The notes beneath the pieces were generated by a model, which had not been told where the DNA came from, did no database searches, and saw nothing but the letters and a program-made list of their open reading frames with translations. The position numbers and the translations under genes are program-made. DNA of 64,000 nt, from positions 2,993,181-3,057,180 of the forward strand of contig NW_003314265.1 of assembly GCF_000143415.4 (NCBI RefSeq), read 5' to 3'. Positions 1 to 11,915 of the stretch are shown here, in pieces (the stretch's first letter is position 1; each line of letters starts with the position of its first letter). Source of the stretch: Selaginella moellendorffii. Lineage: Eukaryota; Plantae; Lycopodiophyta.

Positions 1-1
1 G

Positions 2-544
2 CTCCAGCGCAAGGATCTCCTGTCGGACCTTGAGGGGCGGGAGCGCAAGCACTTCGATTCCAAGCTAGATCCGGATGCGCCGCCGCGGGAGCCCGGCCAG
101 CTGCTCCTGGAGGGGGCCGATCGAAGGGAAGGGGGCGATCGAAGGGCTGCCGCCGCCGCCAAGAGCCTCGACGCGGATGATTCGGACGAAGATGGTAGCG
201 GCGCCAGCGATGAGGAGGATGAGGACGAGGAGGACGAAGACGCGGCGCTGGTGGCGGAGCTGGAGAGGATCAGGAAGGAGCAGGCGGCCGAGAAGCTGAG
301 GAAGGAGAGGGAGAGGCAAATGGAGGATGCCAAGGCCAAGGAGGTGGAGCTGGCTCAAGGGAATCCTCTTCTCAATGGCAGCGGCGGTGGTGGCGGCGGC
401 TCGTTTGCCGTGAAGAGGAGGTGGGATGATGATGTTGTGTTCAAGCACCAGGCTAGAGGCGAGCCCAAACAGGTGAAGCGCTTCATCAACGATACAATCA
501 GGAGTGATTTCCATCGCAAGTTCTTGAACAAGTACATGAAGTAG
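2..544 (+). CDS. CWC15: Spliceosome-associated protein CWC15 (Cwf15/Cwc15), 5'-truncated by window edge
   Basis: Frame is open from base 2 (LQRKDLLSDLEGRERKHF...acidic tract...AALVAELERIRKE) to the hallmark C-terminus KRRWDDDVVFKHQARGEPKQVKRFINDTIRSDFHRKFLNKYMK*. Confidence 0.95.
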   Translation, partial: LQRKDLLSDLEGRERKHFDSKLDPDAPPREPGQLLLEGADRREGGDRRAAAAAKSLDADDSDEDGSGASDEEDEDEEDEDAALVAELERIRKEQAAEKLRKERERQMEDAKAKEVELAQGNPLLNGSGGGGGGSFAVKRRWDDDVVFKHQARGEPKQVKRFINDTIRSDFHRKFLNKYMK

Positions 545-730
545 GCGAGGAGCTGGTCGCGATCTTGGATGATATGTGCAAGCTCGCTCGGGTGCAATGC
601 TCGCCTGGAAAAGAAAGAGTAAGATTCTCAGAGAGAACCATGTACGTAGTTGGAAACGATGTATTTACTTTGATCACTGCAAACTGTTTCGCAGAGTTTC
701 TTTAGCGAAAACATGATCGCCGTGTTCTTG

Positions 731-3583
731 TCAGTCTTGTGCCACGAAGGGATGTAGTAAAAGCTGCCAAGGAATGTCAGTGACATGAAAGCCAAGCACG
801 GGACTGGGATCATACCTGGCTTGCAGTCGGTCGCGATCTCGCTTCCAAGTTAAAGCACTGCTGCAAGAAATCTTTGGCACCTTCTGATGCGTCCGCTGGT
901 ACTGGAGGCCCGCTGCTGGCTTTCGCAATGTGGAAGATTGCCGTCCAGGTGTTGTCGATTCCGGGCCACGGATGTCTGGAAAGCTCGCAAGTTTGTGGAA
1001 CAAAGAACCACTGTGGAAGAGAACAGTTTACGTACGTGGCTGTAAGCATTTCTATGACTGTGCAGCCAACACTCCAGATATCGGCACGCCGCCCATAGCC
1101 GTCGCCCTTGATAACCTCCGGGGCCATCCAAAACACGGAGCCCCGTATTGACTTGCAGCCGTCTGTGATCGTTGGATCGTGGAAAGCCTGCAGAAATGTG
1201 GTGTTGAAGAGAAAGAAGTAAGAACTTCGTTTACCTTGGAGGCTCCAAAATCCGCTAGCTTCACAACACCATCTGCATCCACGAGAACGTTGCCACCTTT
1301 GATATCTCGATGGACGATTTTGTTGGCATGGAGGTACTCCAGGCCCAGTAGAAGCTGGCGCGTATATATTCTAACCAAGGACTCGCTGAAACGGCCGAAT
1401 CTTTCCAACATGCTGTGCGCAATGGCACATCACAGAAGATCTTGCAAAATGAAACAAAGGTTACCTTTGGATGGAACCGCCTGACACGTATTCGAGGAAA
1501 ATGTAGAGGAGATTGTTGGCTTCGTCCTGTTCCATGGCGATGTATCCCACGATATGTCTGTGCCTCAGCTGCTTGTACAAGTCGATCTCTCTTTCCAGAG
1601 AAGCTAGATAAACGGCTCTTGATTGTCCGTCGGTGGGTTCAATCTTCAGCTGCTTGACTGCCATGAGCTCGCCAGTCGTTTGGTTGAGCCCGGCAAAGAC
1701 CTGAAATCAAAAGTTGATAAAACCAGAGCTGTAGTAGCAGCAGTACCTTTCCGTAAGCACCTTCACCAAGCAGTTCACCCCTGGTCCATCGAAATGATCC
1801 GCGTATTTGGAGATGCTTTTCTTTTTCTTCCCGTGGAGAATTCTCTGGTGGCAGACACTTCCCTTCACATCCTTCGTTTCCACAGCCAACACACCCGGCT
1901 CGGGCGGCATCGTGCCAGTCTTTCCGAATCAACGAGAGTTCTTCATCCGTTGGAGGTATAAACTTGACGGATTTCTTTTCTCTCTTTCGTTCGGCTTCAA
2001 CGGGTTCGTGTTGGTTTATGTTTGCCTCCTCAGTTTTCTCTTGCGGCTTCTCTTGTTGAGGTCTTATGAACGAATTCGGCACTAGATGGCTAATACGCGA
2101 GGGACTCTCCAGCCCGTCACTTCCACTGAGGCTCTCCTCGTCGTGAGCTCTTTCGGATATGTTTGGGCTGAACAGTTCTTCTGGACCACGTTCTCCCCTA
2201 CGTAACGTTGTTGGAGACAAGTTATGTCCCATCCGACTGGTGAGAAGATCGTAGATGCGCTTGTCACGAGTCAGATCCACAGGCAGAAGTCCGTCGCTGT
2301 TTGTGGAGAATATGTCAGCACCAGCCACAAGTAAAAGCTTGACCGCCCCTCTGCAGGTAGTCTTATTGTCAAAGTTAGTAAAAGGCAATGGAAAAACAAG
2401 ACTAAACACACCTATGGCCCGTGGCTGCTGCGTGATGAAGTGCGGTAGAGTTATCCACGTCCCGACGGTTTATATTTGCTCCAGCAGCAAGAAGCATTTT
2501 GATTATTTTCTCCCTCCCAAGCCCCGCAGCAAGAATCAAGGGAGGAGTCTAGAAAAAGACAAGCATTGAGTGAACTTTAAAGAGCGAAAACTCAAGTTAC
2601 CTTGGAATCTACCTCGCCATCCGGATTATAACCCCTATGCAAGAAATACTCTGCCATGGTGGGCTGTCCAATGGAGACTGCCTCTTCCAATGACTTCAAG
2701 CCCTGAACTGCAAGCAAAACGACCATCAACTCAAAAACTTTGGAAGCATAACATACTTGGATCGAGAACTGATGCTTGCTCGCCACCGTCTAGCGAGTCA
2801 CTGTTGCCGACGGCAACTTTGCTTCGAGGAACACCTTCCTGATGCTCGGGCCTGCTTTGTCTTCTCTCTACGATCTCCTCAACCTGACGAAGCAGCTAAA
2901 CTTTTAGTGCAGACTCTTTGAGAAACCAATACACAAGGAACCTCTTCTTGATGGCTGCATAGAGCGCTTGGACGACTGGAAGGGCCGGGTGTCGTTAAAG
3001 TTTCCCCAAAGTCCGAGTAATATCCATGCGGACTTACTTCTCTGGAGTTTCGACCGTGCCAGGGCCCGGAAAGAGGACTAGAAGAAGGCAAGCTTGGTGT
3101 CCGAGGGAAGGGCTGCCACCTTGTTGACGGGCTGGGAGTTCTAAGGTGAAGCGAGGTAACACTCGACATTGGTTCGTCGTCAGCGTGCGAGCCTGCGCTG
3201 TGCCGGGGGAGCGATAAATTTGGCGGCCTTGGGACCGGAGCTCGGGGAGGAGGCAAAAAACTTGGCGGCAGTGGAGGCAAAGAAGGCACTGGAGGAGCAA
3301 CGAGAGAGATATGCTGTGGAGAAGATGAGGAGGAAGAAGAAGAAGAGGAGGAATGCTGGTGGAAATCGCGGATAAGAGGATGCGAAGGAGGCACGGGTGG
3401 CGGTGCCGAAGCGCTGCGGCCGGATTGGAGGCGGGTGATGAGAATGCTGTCGAGTGGATTGGAGTTGGAGTGGCGATGGAAATGAAAAACTGGATTTGCG
3501 GCGTCGGCATTCTCCGGCGAATGCTTGGAGTGAGTGGCGGCGGCATTCGCGTTTTGCTCATGCTGCGAAGGATTGGGAAACAT
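731..3583 (-). CDS. Ankyrin-repeat MEKK-type MAP kinase kinase kinase (multi-exon)
   Basis: Spliced exons give a Ser/Pro-rich N-terminus, then ankyrin repeats ([60 protein letters not shown]). The kinase domain reads [63 protein letters not shown], ending [10 protein letters not shown]. Short GT-AG introns; an in-frame stop lies upstream of ATG 3583. Confidence 0.9.
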
Positions 3584-3587
3584 CTCT

Positions 3588-3823
3588 TCACGAGTGCTGT
3601 GTTGCCATCGTCACTGGCACATCTGTGAGAAAAGAACCGAGCGGTTAGGGCAGGAGATCCTGGAAATCGAGCAATAAACGCCCCGCCAGCAGGATCATAG
3701 TGGGAGAGCTTGGCGCAAACGGGATTTTCCTCCAGTGCCGCTAGAGCAACGGATCATACCTCTCCAGAAGATCGCCGTGGCGGCGTCTCGCGCGGTGGAG
3801 TTCGCGGCCATCGCCATCGCCAT
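3588..3823 (-). other. Putative spliced uORF (32 aa) in the MAPKKK 5' leader
   Basis: ATG at 3823, GT-AG intron 3759-3623, TGA at 3590-3588, ending 4 nt before the main ATG (MAMAMAANSTARDAATAIFWRDVPVTMATQHS*). Confidence 0.4.
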
Positions 3824-3869
3824 CGCCGCTTGGAGAAAGAGACGCCCCGCCTTCCTCCTCGCCGCTAGG

Positions 3870-4000
3870 GGTAGCCCCCATTTTTGAATTTCCCAGACTA
3901 GGGCTGACGTCATACGTGTTAAAAGAATCCTTTACCTTTTTAATGTAACGGCCGTTAAACCCTCGATCTCCTGTGCTTTAGCTAGGGCGATCGATGCGCC
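3870..4000. promoter_or_regulatory. Probable bidirectional promoter between the MAPKKK and kinesin genes
   Basis: Head-to-head genes. Palindromes TGACGTCA (3905-3912, bZIP C-box type) and TAACGGCCGTTA (3946-3957, two opposed AACGG MSA-like cores). Confidence 0.4.
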
Positions 4001-4815
4001 GCGGCTATGGCGTCTCGCAGGTTGGATTGATCCGGCAGCAGCAAGGAAGAGTGGCTTTCATTTGCGATCGCGATCATCGATCGTCTCCACCAGGTTTAGC
4101 TGCTCGTTTCTTGCGAATCCCGGTTGAAATATGGGGGGCTCGATCCTTCTTCCTTCGTGTTCATCGATGATCACATTCACGATTGCCTGTGAGTGATTCC
4201 TCTTCTTCTTGTTTCGTAGTGATAGTAATGTTTCGATCTGATCGATGAACAGAAAAAATGAAAAATTCCTTCAACGACTAATCGAGCGTTTAGTTCGCGG
4301 GTGGTTTGAACAGATGTATCCTACGACTGAGAGTGATCCACATTGGTCTAAGCGATTCCGTTGAAGAAACCGGCAGTTGAGGTGCTGTCCTGCCCACTTG
4401 AAACCCCGCGAGAAAGGTTTGTTGCGCTTTTTTTGTGTGTTAGGGTGGTGGTGGGCTGGCTGGCTGTGGGTACATGGTTATCTCTCTCTCTCTCTCTTTC
4501 TCCATTGTGCTCCACCTGATTTACTCTAGCAGGTCTAGTGTGCTTGCAAGCTTGCGCTTTCGTGGTGTGAATTCTAGCGAGAGCTTGTGTTTTTGGAAGG
4601 GTGTTTCTTGGCCAGATACCAAAAGTTCTCTTTTGTGATTGTTGGAATCTGAGTTATTTTCTTGCCCGAAATGTAGGCTGCTCGGTGCCTTGGCGATGGG
4701 AACGATCTGAGCGCTCTCTGGTTGGTACTCTGGATATAGCTCTTGACAGCTGCTTAGCTGATACTGTTCCCCTCGGACAGCTTTCAGAAATGCTCGTCTG
4801 GGATATCCCGCAGAG

Positions 4816-7800
4816 ATGACTATTCCGGATTATCCAGCCCAGGAGTCGCTCCCTTCCATCCCTTTTGAGGACTCCAATGTTCGTGTGGCGGTGCGAGCGA
4901 GACCACTTATCGAGAAAGAGGTCGTCGATAAGTGCCAGGAATGCGTCTCCTATTCCGCTGATGGAAGGGAGGTCGTGCTTGGAAAGGATAGAAGATTCAC
5001 GTTTGACCATGTGTTTTGTCCAACGACAGCTCAAGAAGAGGTGTACAGAGTTTGTGTCAAGCCGCTAGTCGAAAGCTGCGTTGCCGGGTTCGTGAGCTCT
5101 CATTTATATTTCTTCGTTGATGGCTAACCATGCGTGTTTTTTTCTTCTTTTTTTTTGTTTGTAATCTATTCAGGTACAATGCAACAGTCATTGCTTACGG
5201 TCAAACGGGGTCTGGCAAGACGCATACAATGGGAAGTGCAACCAATCCAGTTTCCGGTGAAGAAGATTTGGGAATTCTTCCCCGTGCTATTCGTCAGCTT
5301 TATGAAAGTATCGAGGAAAGGAAACACGAAGCACAGTTTGATGTGAGGGAATTCTGCGTCAATTTGCAATTTGTATCTGATTCTAGCTTCGTCGTCGCAG
5401 GTTAAATGCTGTTTTGTGGAGATCTATAACGAGGAGATTAAGGACCTGCTTCATCCAGACACTCCCTCGAAATCAATCTCGATCAGGGAAGATGCAAATG
5501 GTGACATCATTCTTGCTGGGGTGAAAGATGAAGCAGTCTTCACCTACGAGGACATGATGAGGTAATTTATTTTTACGAAGTTGTATTCTGGGGTGATAGT
5601 TCTGTTCTTGTTGCAATGATGCTACTTACAGGTGTCTGGAACAGGGTTCAGCATTTCGAACAACAGGGAGTACACTCATGAATCAGCTCTCTAGTCGATC
5701 ACACGCGATTTTCACTATGAACATTGAGCAGCAATCGCTTCAAACATTGAATGGACACGAAATTATCAGTGCTAAATTCCACTTGGTATGCACAAGCGCT
5801 CACTTTTGACTTGTCAATGACAAATTACTCTACTGTGCTAGGTAGATTTGGCTGGTTCAGAGCGTGCAAAAAGGACTGGAGCCGTAGGCATGCGTTTCAA
5901 AGAATCGGTAACTATCAACTGCGGGCTTTTAGCTCTTGGAAACGTTATCAGGTATGTAGTTCCACTAGGAAATAAAATACTCATGGATGGTCTTTTCACA
6001 GTGCCTTGGGAGATGAACGCAAGCGGGGACAACATGTTCCATATAGAGAATCAAAATTAACACGAATCTTGCAGGTACTAGCTAGCGTTTCTTACTATCA
6101 TGAGTACGAGTTCATATGATTGCAGGACTCTTTAGGTGGTAACAGCAAGACATGCATGATCGCTTGCATTAGGTAACAACTTGAATTCTTAGAGTAGATT
6201 TTCAGTATGCAATTGCCAAACAGTACAGCGGATGTCAACTTTGAAGAGACCCTCAATACTCTGAAGTACGCCAATCGAGCTCGTAATATTCAGAACAAGC
6301 CTATAATTAACCGTGATGCTCACTCGGTCCAGCTAAACCAGCTGCGGTCCGAAGTTAAGGTACTTTTTCCTTTGTTATGGTTGGACGATACTGATAATAA
6401 ATAAAGCTCTTGTGCAGTTGCTTCAAGAAGAGCTTATGAAAGCTCGAATGCAAGGAAATGGGGACGATGCATCTCCATTTATCCTCAAGGGCGAGTTACC
6501 AACAACCGAGCTGCAAATGTTAAGACAAAAGAGTACAAAAGTGGAACAGGAATTCCTGCATTTGAAGAAGGAATCTGAGGTAATTTTGAGTTTACACATC
6601 GCTTCTACCGCTGAAAATTGTTTCCAGGCTTCCAAAGTGCTACTGAAAAAACTGGAGTCGGAAACATTGCAGTTGCGGGCTGAGAGCAGTGACTATCAGG
6701 TCAGGAGTTTTTACTTTTTTGATTTAGTGAATGGTAACAATATTTTTTGGAACCTGCAGTAACAAGGAGATTTTTGGTTTTTGCTGGTCTACAGTTGAAG
6801 TTGGAAGAGGTGTGCACTGAAATGAGCTCTCTTCTTCAAGTGATTCCTCAGTGGGAAAGTAACAAAGATGTGACCACGGCTGCAAGAGTCTATTTGCTGG
6901 AGATGATGAAGAGAATACTATGCGCCTTGGGCAGAGCTGAGATGGCGACCATTTCTCCAGAGGAAGCTGAACGAAGGCTGTCTCCTGTGAAAGAGTTACA
7001 GTCGACAGATGTTGCCACTGAAACGGAGATAACACCAAAGGTTTGTGTTGTCTCCTACATGACATGTGCCTTACCTGTGTAGCACAGGTGGACGATAGTG
7101 CCGACGTTCAGCTTTTAACCAAACATTTAGAAACAATTCGTTGCTTGGAGGAACAGCTTGCTGCAAGAGACAGAGACGTCCAGGCTAAAACCGAAGAACT
7201 TATTGAAGCGAAAGAGGACCTTGCTCGGGACGAGCATATATTCACCGAGAAGATGAAAGAAATGCAAGCGTTAAAGAAACTCGCGAGAGACTTGCGCAAA
7301 GAAAAGGAGGAGCTTCTGCAGCGAGCTGAGGCAGATGCTACCAACATCACCCGCTTATCTGAAGAGGTTGCTGCAAAAGATAACGAGATCACTGATCTTA
7401 AGGCTCTTCAAGCTTCAAGCCAGGAAGCAACAGTAAATTCCTGCGAAGAAGTTCAAGCCAATGAACCACTAGAGGCACAGGTATTAATTATTCTTGCACA
7501 CTCAGCCTTCAACATCAATGCTAACTCGAAACTGCAGAAGATTGAAGCATCGACTAAAAACGGCGAGGTTGATCAGAAGGAAGAGGTGATAATCGAGGAG
7601 AAAACGGAGGCTGATTCGGTGCATAAGGAAATCGAGACCCAAATAGTTGAACTTCAGGCGGAGGTACTCGTTTTCCATTGATTTCAATGTCGTTTTTTTT
7701 TCATGCTCATCTAGCCCAGATAAAGAAGAAAGAAGAAGAGGCGAAGTCCGTCAAGAGAGAACTGGACGCGCTAGACAGAGCTTCTGCCATAGGTAGAAAC

Positions 7801-8873
7801 GGGAAGAAGCAGCTTCACGAAGAGCTGGAACAGCACCTTAAGAAACTCACGTTTAACCTGAAATTCTTGAAGAAGCAGCGCTGGCAGCTTGAATCTCAGC
7901 ACCTAGAGCAGCAGAAAGTAAAAGCTGACGAGAAGGTACGTGTGGTTCTAGTCCCCAGTGTAATACTCAACTCTGCCAGCGCTCGTGCAGGTACAGCATC
8001 TTCAGCACCAGGTCACCCGAATGAGAGCTCAGCAAGACTCGCTAAAGAAAAAAATCAAGGACACAACCGAGAAGTTCGAGGATCGACAGCGCAGACCAGA
8101 GCAAACTAAAGAGGATGAAACAGGAGTAAGCATCTCTCTCATTTCATTCATTATGGAAGCTTACAGTGTCTCACACATGCTTAGCAGGAGCTCGTGAAGA
8201 TCAACGGGCACGCGCCTGATCCGTCAGAGCAAGACGAGCGGAACAAGATTTACGAGCAAGGCGGTGAGACGTTACTCACCAATCTTGAGGAAATATTTGG
8301 AAGACTCAACCACCAAAGTGAAGTGTAAGGTCAAGTCGATGTTTATAGGAGACCCTGATCCTCGATTTATTACAAGCAGGCTGGATCAAAATGGCAATGC
8401 CGAGGAGCCTCGGGATAAGGAAAACGAGGAATACAAGAACATAAATGACAACCTCCGGCTAAAGCTTCAACGGGTTATATCCTCATGGTATGCTGAGAAG
8501 CAGGTGCGTAGTATCTAGTGATTCTAGTTCTAGCTCTAGTTATCTAGTTCCATAGTCTGTAGCTTTTGAGATCACGAACTTGTCCTCCCACGTTCCAGAT
8601 CCAGAGCTCTAAGCCTTGCCTTTTGCGAACACTTTCCAGGCCGTGGAACAAACACTCCAGAGCGAACGGCTGGCTTGGGAGGTAAGAGTGAACCAACACG
8701 AGCAGCTGGAGCGCGATCACAAAGCTCTCCGGGAAGAGCTGGAGAACACGAGATCGCTCATGCACAAGGCGGGCCTGGGGATCAGGCTCTCGTCCCGGAG
8801 CGTCCGAGAGATCAGCGATGGCGACGTGGATCTCAGGACCTCCGTCTCGTTGCCGCCTTCGAGAGGTAGCTAG
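4816..8873 (+). CDS. Kinesin-4 family motor protein (multi-exon)
   Basis: Motor motifs: [37 protein letters not shown] (P-loop), [89 protein letters not shown] coiled-coil tail follows. Many ~50-70 nt introns; 3' exon structure is approximate. Confidence 0.9.
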
Positions 8874-8982
8874 CTTCTTAGCTTTTGCAGCTTCTCCCAA
8901 AAGAAATTCCTTTCCAGATATTCAAATTCAAATGACGCATATTCGGGGGAATCGCACCTCCTGGGCATATGCCGAAAAGCTT

Positions 8983-10092
8983 TCAAGGGAACCACCAGCG
9001 AGGGCGCTCGTCCTCGTCGCTCGAAGAAGTGGCGTCGTCCTCGTCGCTCGAAGAAATGGCGTCGTGGGCTTCGCTAGTGGCGGGAGTGGCGCCGCTGGTA
9101 TGATCAACAGGATCCACGGTATCGTCGACCAGGAACGTCGGCTTGATCACCACACCGTCGACGTAGAGCCCACTCTTCCAGTTCCCTCCGCGGATCTCCA
9201 CCAGCGAGAACTCGAGCGCCACGGGGAAGTCCTCGTCCTCGACGCAAAACTCCCCGGCGTCGTACTCCATCCACCCGTCCTCCACCACTCTGGCCGCCGC
9301 CAAGTCGGCCGCGTCGATCCCGCTTTGCCCGCCGCGATGGAGCTGCCTGGCGGAGGCCAAGTAGCGGCGCCGCTCACGCGTGGAGGAGGGTGGGGCCGAC
9401 AGCGAGAAGATCACGGGCTGGGCCTCCCAGCCGTAAGCGTCGTCGTGCCAGTCGCCCCCGCGGCCACGCCGGCGCGCGTGGCTCTCCAGGAGCTGCAAGC
9501 GAAACGAGACGCGGTAGCTCCCCAGCTTGAGGTAGCCGCTGAAGCTGCCACGAATCTCGAGCCAGCACACGTCCCGCAAGAAGGCCACCTCGTCAAACCT
9601 GGAAGTGGAGTTGTACCATCGCAAAGTCGATCCGTCGAAAAGAGGAAGAACCAACCTGGATCCGTTCATGGATCTCCAGTCCCAGTAGCGGCCGTCGTCG
9701 CCCCAGACGATCCGGAGAGCTCGCGCCGAGATCATGTTGCACACGCCACCTGTCGGCCGATCAATCCAATAGATCTGACAAAGAGCACTCGCATGAGCAG
9801 AGAAAACCTCTTGTATCCACCATACCTTTGGCTTGTCCTTCTCCTCCTCCACGAACACCCCCACGGAGAGCCTCTCGTAGACATCCATCGCGCTCCCGGC
9901 GCCATCGCGCACCACTTCCTTCCAGTGCGGCGGTAGCATTCGCCTCCATACAGCGTCCGATCGCGACGCCTCCAGGAACGTCTTGTTGACAAGCGCCAGC
10001 CTCCCGACATCGCGAGGCGAAAGCCATCCCAGAATCCCAGCCAGGCAGCCCGCGGGGAGGTCACCCAGCGAGAAATCCTCTTCTTCCCCCAT
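8983..10092 (-). CDS. F-box / phloem protein 2 (PP2-B-like, Nictaba lectin domain) protein
   Basis: N-terminal F-box LGDLPAGCLAGILGWLSPRDVGRLALVNKTF..A.RSDAVW. PP2 motifs CNMISARALRIVWGDDGRYWDW, SRFDEVAFLRDVCWLEIRG, GWMEYDAGEF, GNWKSGLYVDGVVIKP. Introns at 9775-9825 and 9599-9655. Confidence 0.92.
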   Translation of the reverse strand: MGEEEDFSLGDLPAGCLAGILGWLSPRDVGRLALVNKTFLEASRSDAVWRRMLPPHWKEVVRDGAGSAMDVYERLSVGVFVEEEKDKPKVWWIQEVFSAHASALCQIYWIDRPTGGVCNMISARALRIVWGDDGRYWDWRSMNGSRLVLPLFDGSTLRWYNSTSRFDEVAFLRDVCWLEIRGSFSGYLKLGSYRVSFRLQLLESHARRRGRGGDWHDDAYGWEAQPVIFSLSAPPSSTRERRRYLASARQLHRGGQSGIDAADLAAARVVEDGWMEYDAGEFCVEDEDFPVALEFSLVEIRGGNWKSGLYVDGVVIKPTFLVDDTVDPVDHTSGATPATSEAHDAISSSDEDDATSSSDEDERPRWWFP

Positions 10093-10909
10093 CAATTTCC
10101 TAGGTTTCCACGTTAACTCTTCATATATGCTTAAAGCACGTCAGAATATTCCATCTTGGGCTCCTTTTTTTTAAAAAGAAATATAAATTTTCTTTTCTAA
10201 TTTTGTAATGTTAGGAATTTTGATTGTGTACAAGGTTAAAATTTATTTTAAAAAAGCTGTTATTCATCTCCAGAAAATACATAATAATGCAATTAATGCA
10301 ATTAGATAACAATGCAACTGCTAATTTTTTATGATCATGAAATTTAAATTTGATAGTTTGATTATATTTTTAATCCCTTTATAAAAATGTGCATAACCCT
10401 TAATATATCCACAAGATTTCTAAGAAAAGTTATTCAGATTGCTACCACATTTATATTAAATTTCATAAGCTGGCAATAAAGAATAATTCTAAATATATTG
10501 AGAAAATATAAATTGTCAGAATCTAAGAGTTCTTTGCAACACAAAAGATATTCTCCATACATTTTATATATATGAAAAAATAACTTTATCTTATTAGATA
10601 CTAGTTATTGCCCAGCATATACTGCCCAGTTAGCAAACACTATTTTGATAATTATAGTTTTATTACATTGAAAATTAAATTGAAATAGTATCAAAACAAC
10701 ATATATTACATTCCACTTTGAAAGAAAAATTGAAAAAGTAACTATAAGTATATGGTTTTTCATAGAAAATTATCAAATTCCTTAGAGGGAATTATAAGAT
10801 TTAAATAACATAGTAAGTCTCCATTGCAAAAGGTTGAATCTCAATATTAATTAACACTTTGCATGTTACATGTGTCACAATGTTTTTTTTTCTTGCCCTA
10901 ATTAATACG

Positions 10910-11915
10910 TGTCGCAAATATGACTTTGAGTATTGAAAACTATTTATCAACTAACCCTTTCGGATATTCTTTCTTTACTGCCACGACGGCAAAAGGTTGG
11001 TATTGCTAGATCTTTTATTAATCCCTTTTGTGCTAGTGGAGTTATATAGGCATTTCGAATGTACTTAGACCGGATAAACATAAGGATGGAATTCTTACGT
11101 ACTATTAATTAAACATACTTAGCTTGGTTGGGATGGGGCTATGGGGGGGTTCCAAATATATAGTAGAGATAGTGGGTAGGTTGGGCATGGCTAATCAACT
11201 TAAGGCATAGTTTAGTTTTTGCTTGCGTGTTTATTCTTGTTTTGCGTCCGACTTGGGTTTAAGCCCAAATTCTATACCATGCTAGTTGGTAGAGTACCCA
11301 TATCCTTATGTTAGGCCACCAGTATATTGAAATAACGTTATACTCTTTTTGGCTCCATTTTACGTGCTAGTCCTGGCAGTGGGATGCTGAATGCTTTAAG
11401 ACTATTCCAAGTCATTCCGTACTTCTATCCCTTTGCTCGTTGGATTATATACTTAAAAATTGCTTTATGGTCTAGTTTTGTCACTTTTTGTCTCCATATT
11501 TAGGAGTTTGGCTTTGTATCTTCATTTAATGGCCCAAGGCTTTGAAACTCAAGTTCCACACCATTGTCCTTTGACACATGGCATGTGACATGTAACACAT
11601 GAAAGGTTTAAGTTCCAGTTCGTGGTTATTCTATGGTAAATCACCATAGGATAAAGGATAAAAACCATGTGCGCTACATTTGGTATCAGAGGATACGTCT
11701 CAGCAAGTACTATACAATGAGATTGAGCAATTGTCTCATTGTATATGCAAAGATGAAAATGATGATCCAAGTGGGTACATGTTTGGGTGCTAAAACTTCA
11801 CATTCATTCCTTGGGTATAGATTTTGGTTACCTTTTATACCATATTGTGTGAGCTTGTGCTTGGGTTCATAAGATGAATTGAGATGTTTAGTTTGCACGA
11901 GTTTGCACTTGGGCT
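10910..11915 (+). mobile_element. Old family-A LTR (10910-11678, internally deleted) with PBS and start of internal region
   Basis: TGTCGCA...GTGCGCTACA similar to 17842-18993, followed by PBS TGGTATCAGAG (11681-11691). Confidence 0.8.

Noticed and set aside
8818-9936. 372-aa ORF on the + strand
   Set aside because: Antisense shadow of the GC3-rich F-box gene; no recognisable motifs.
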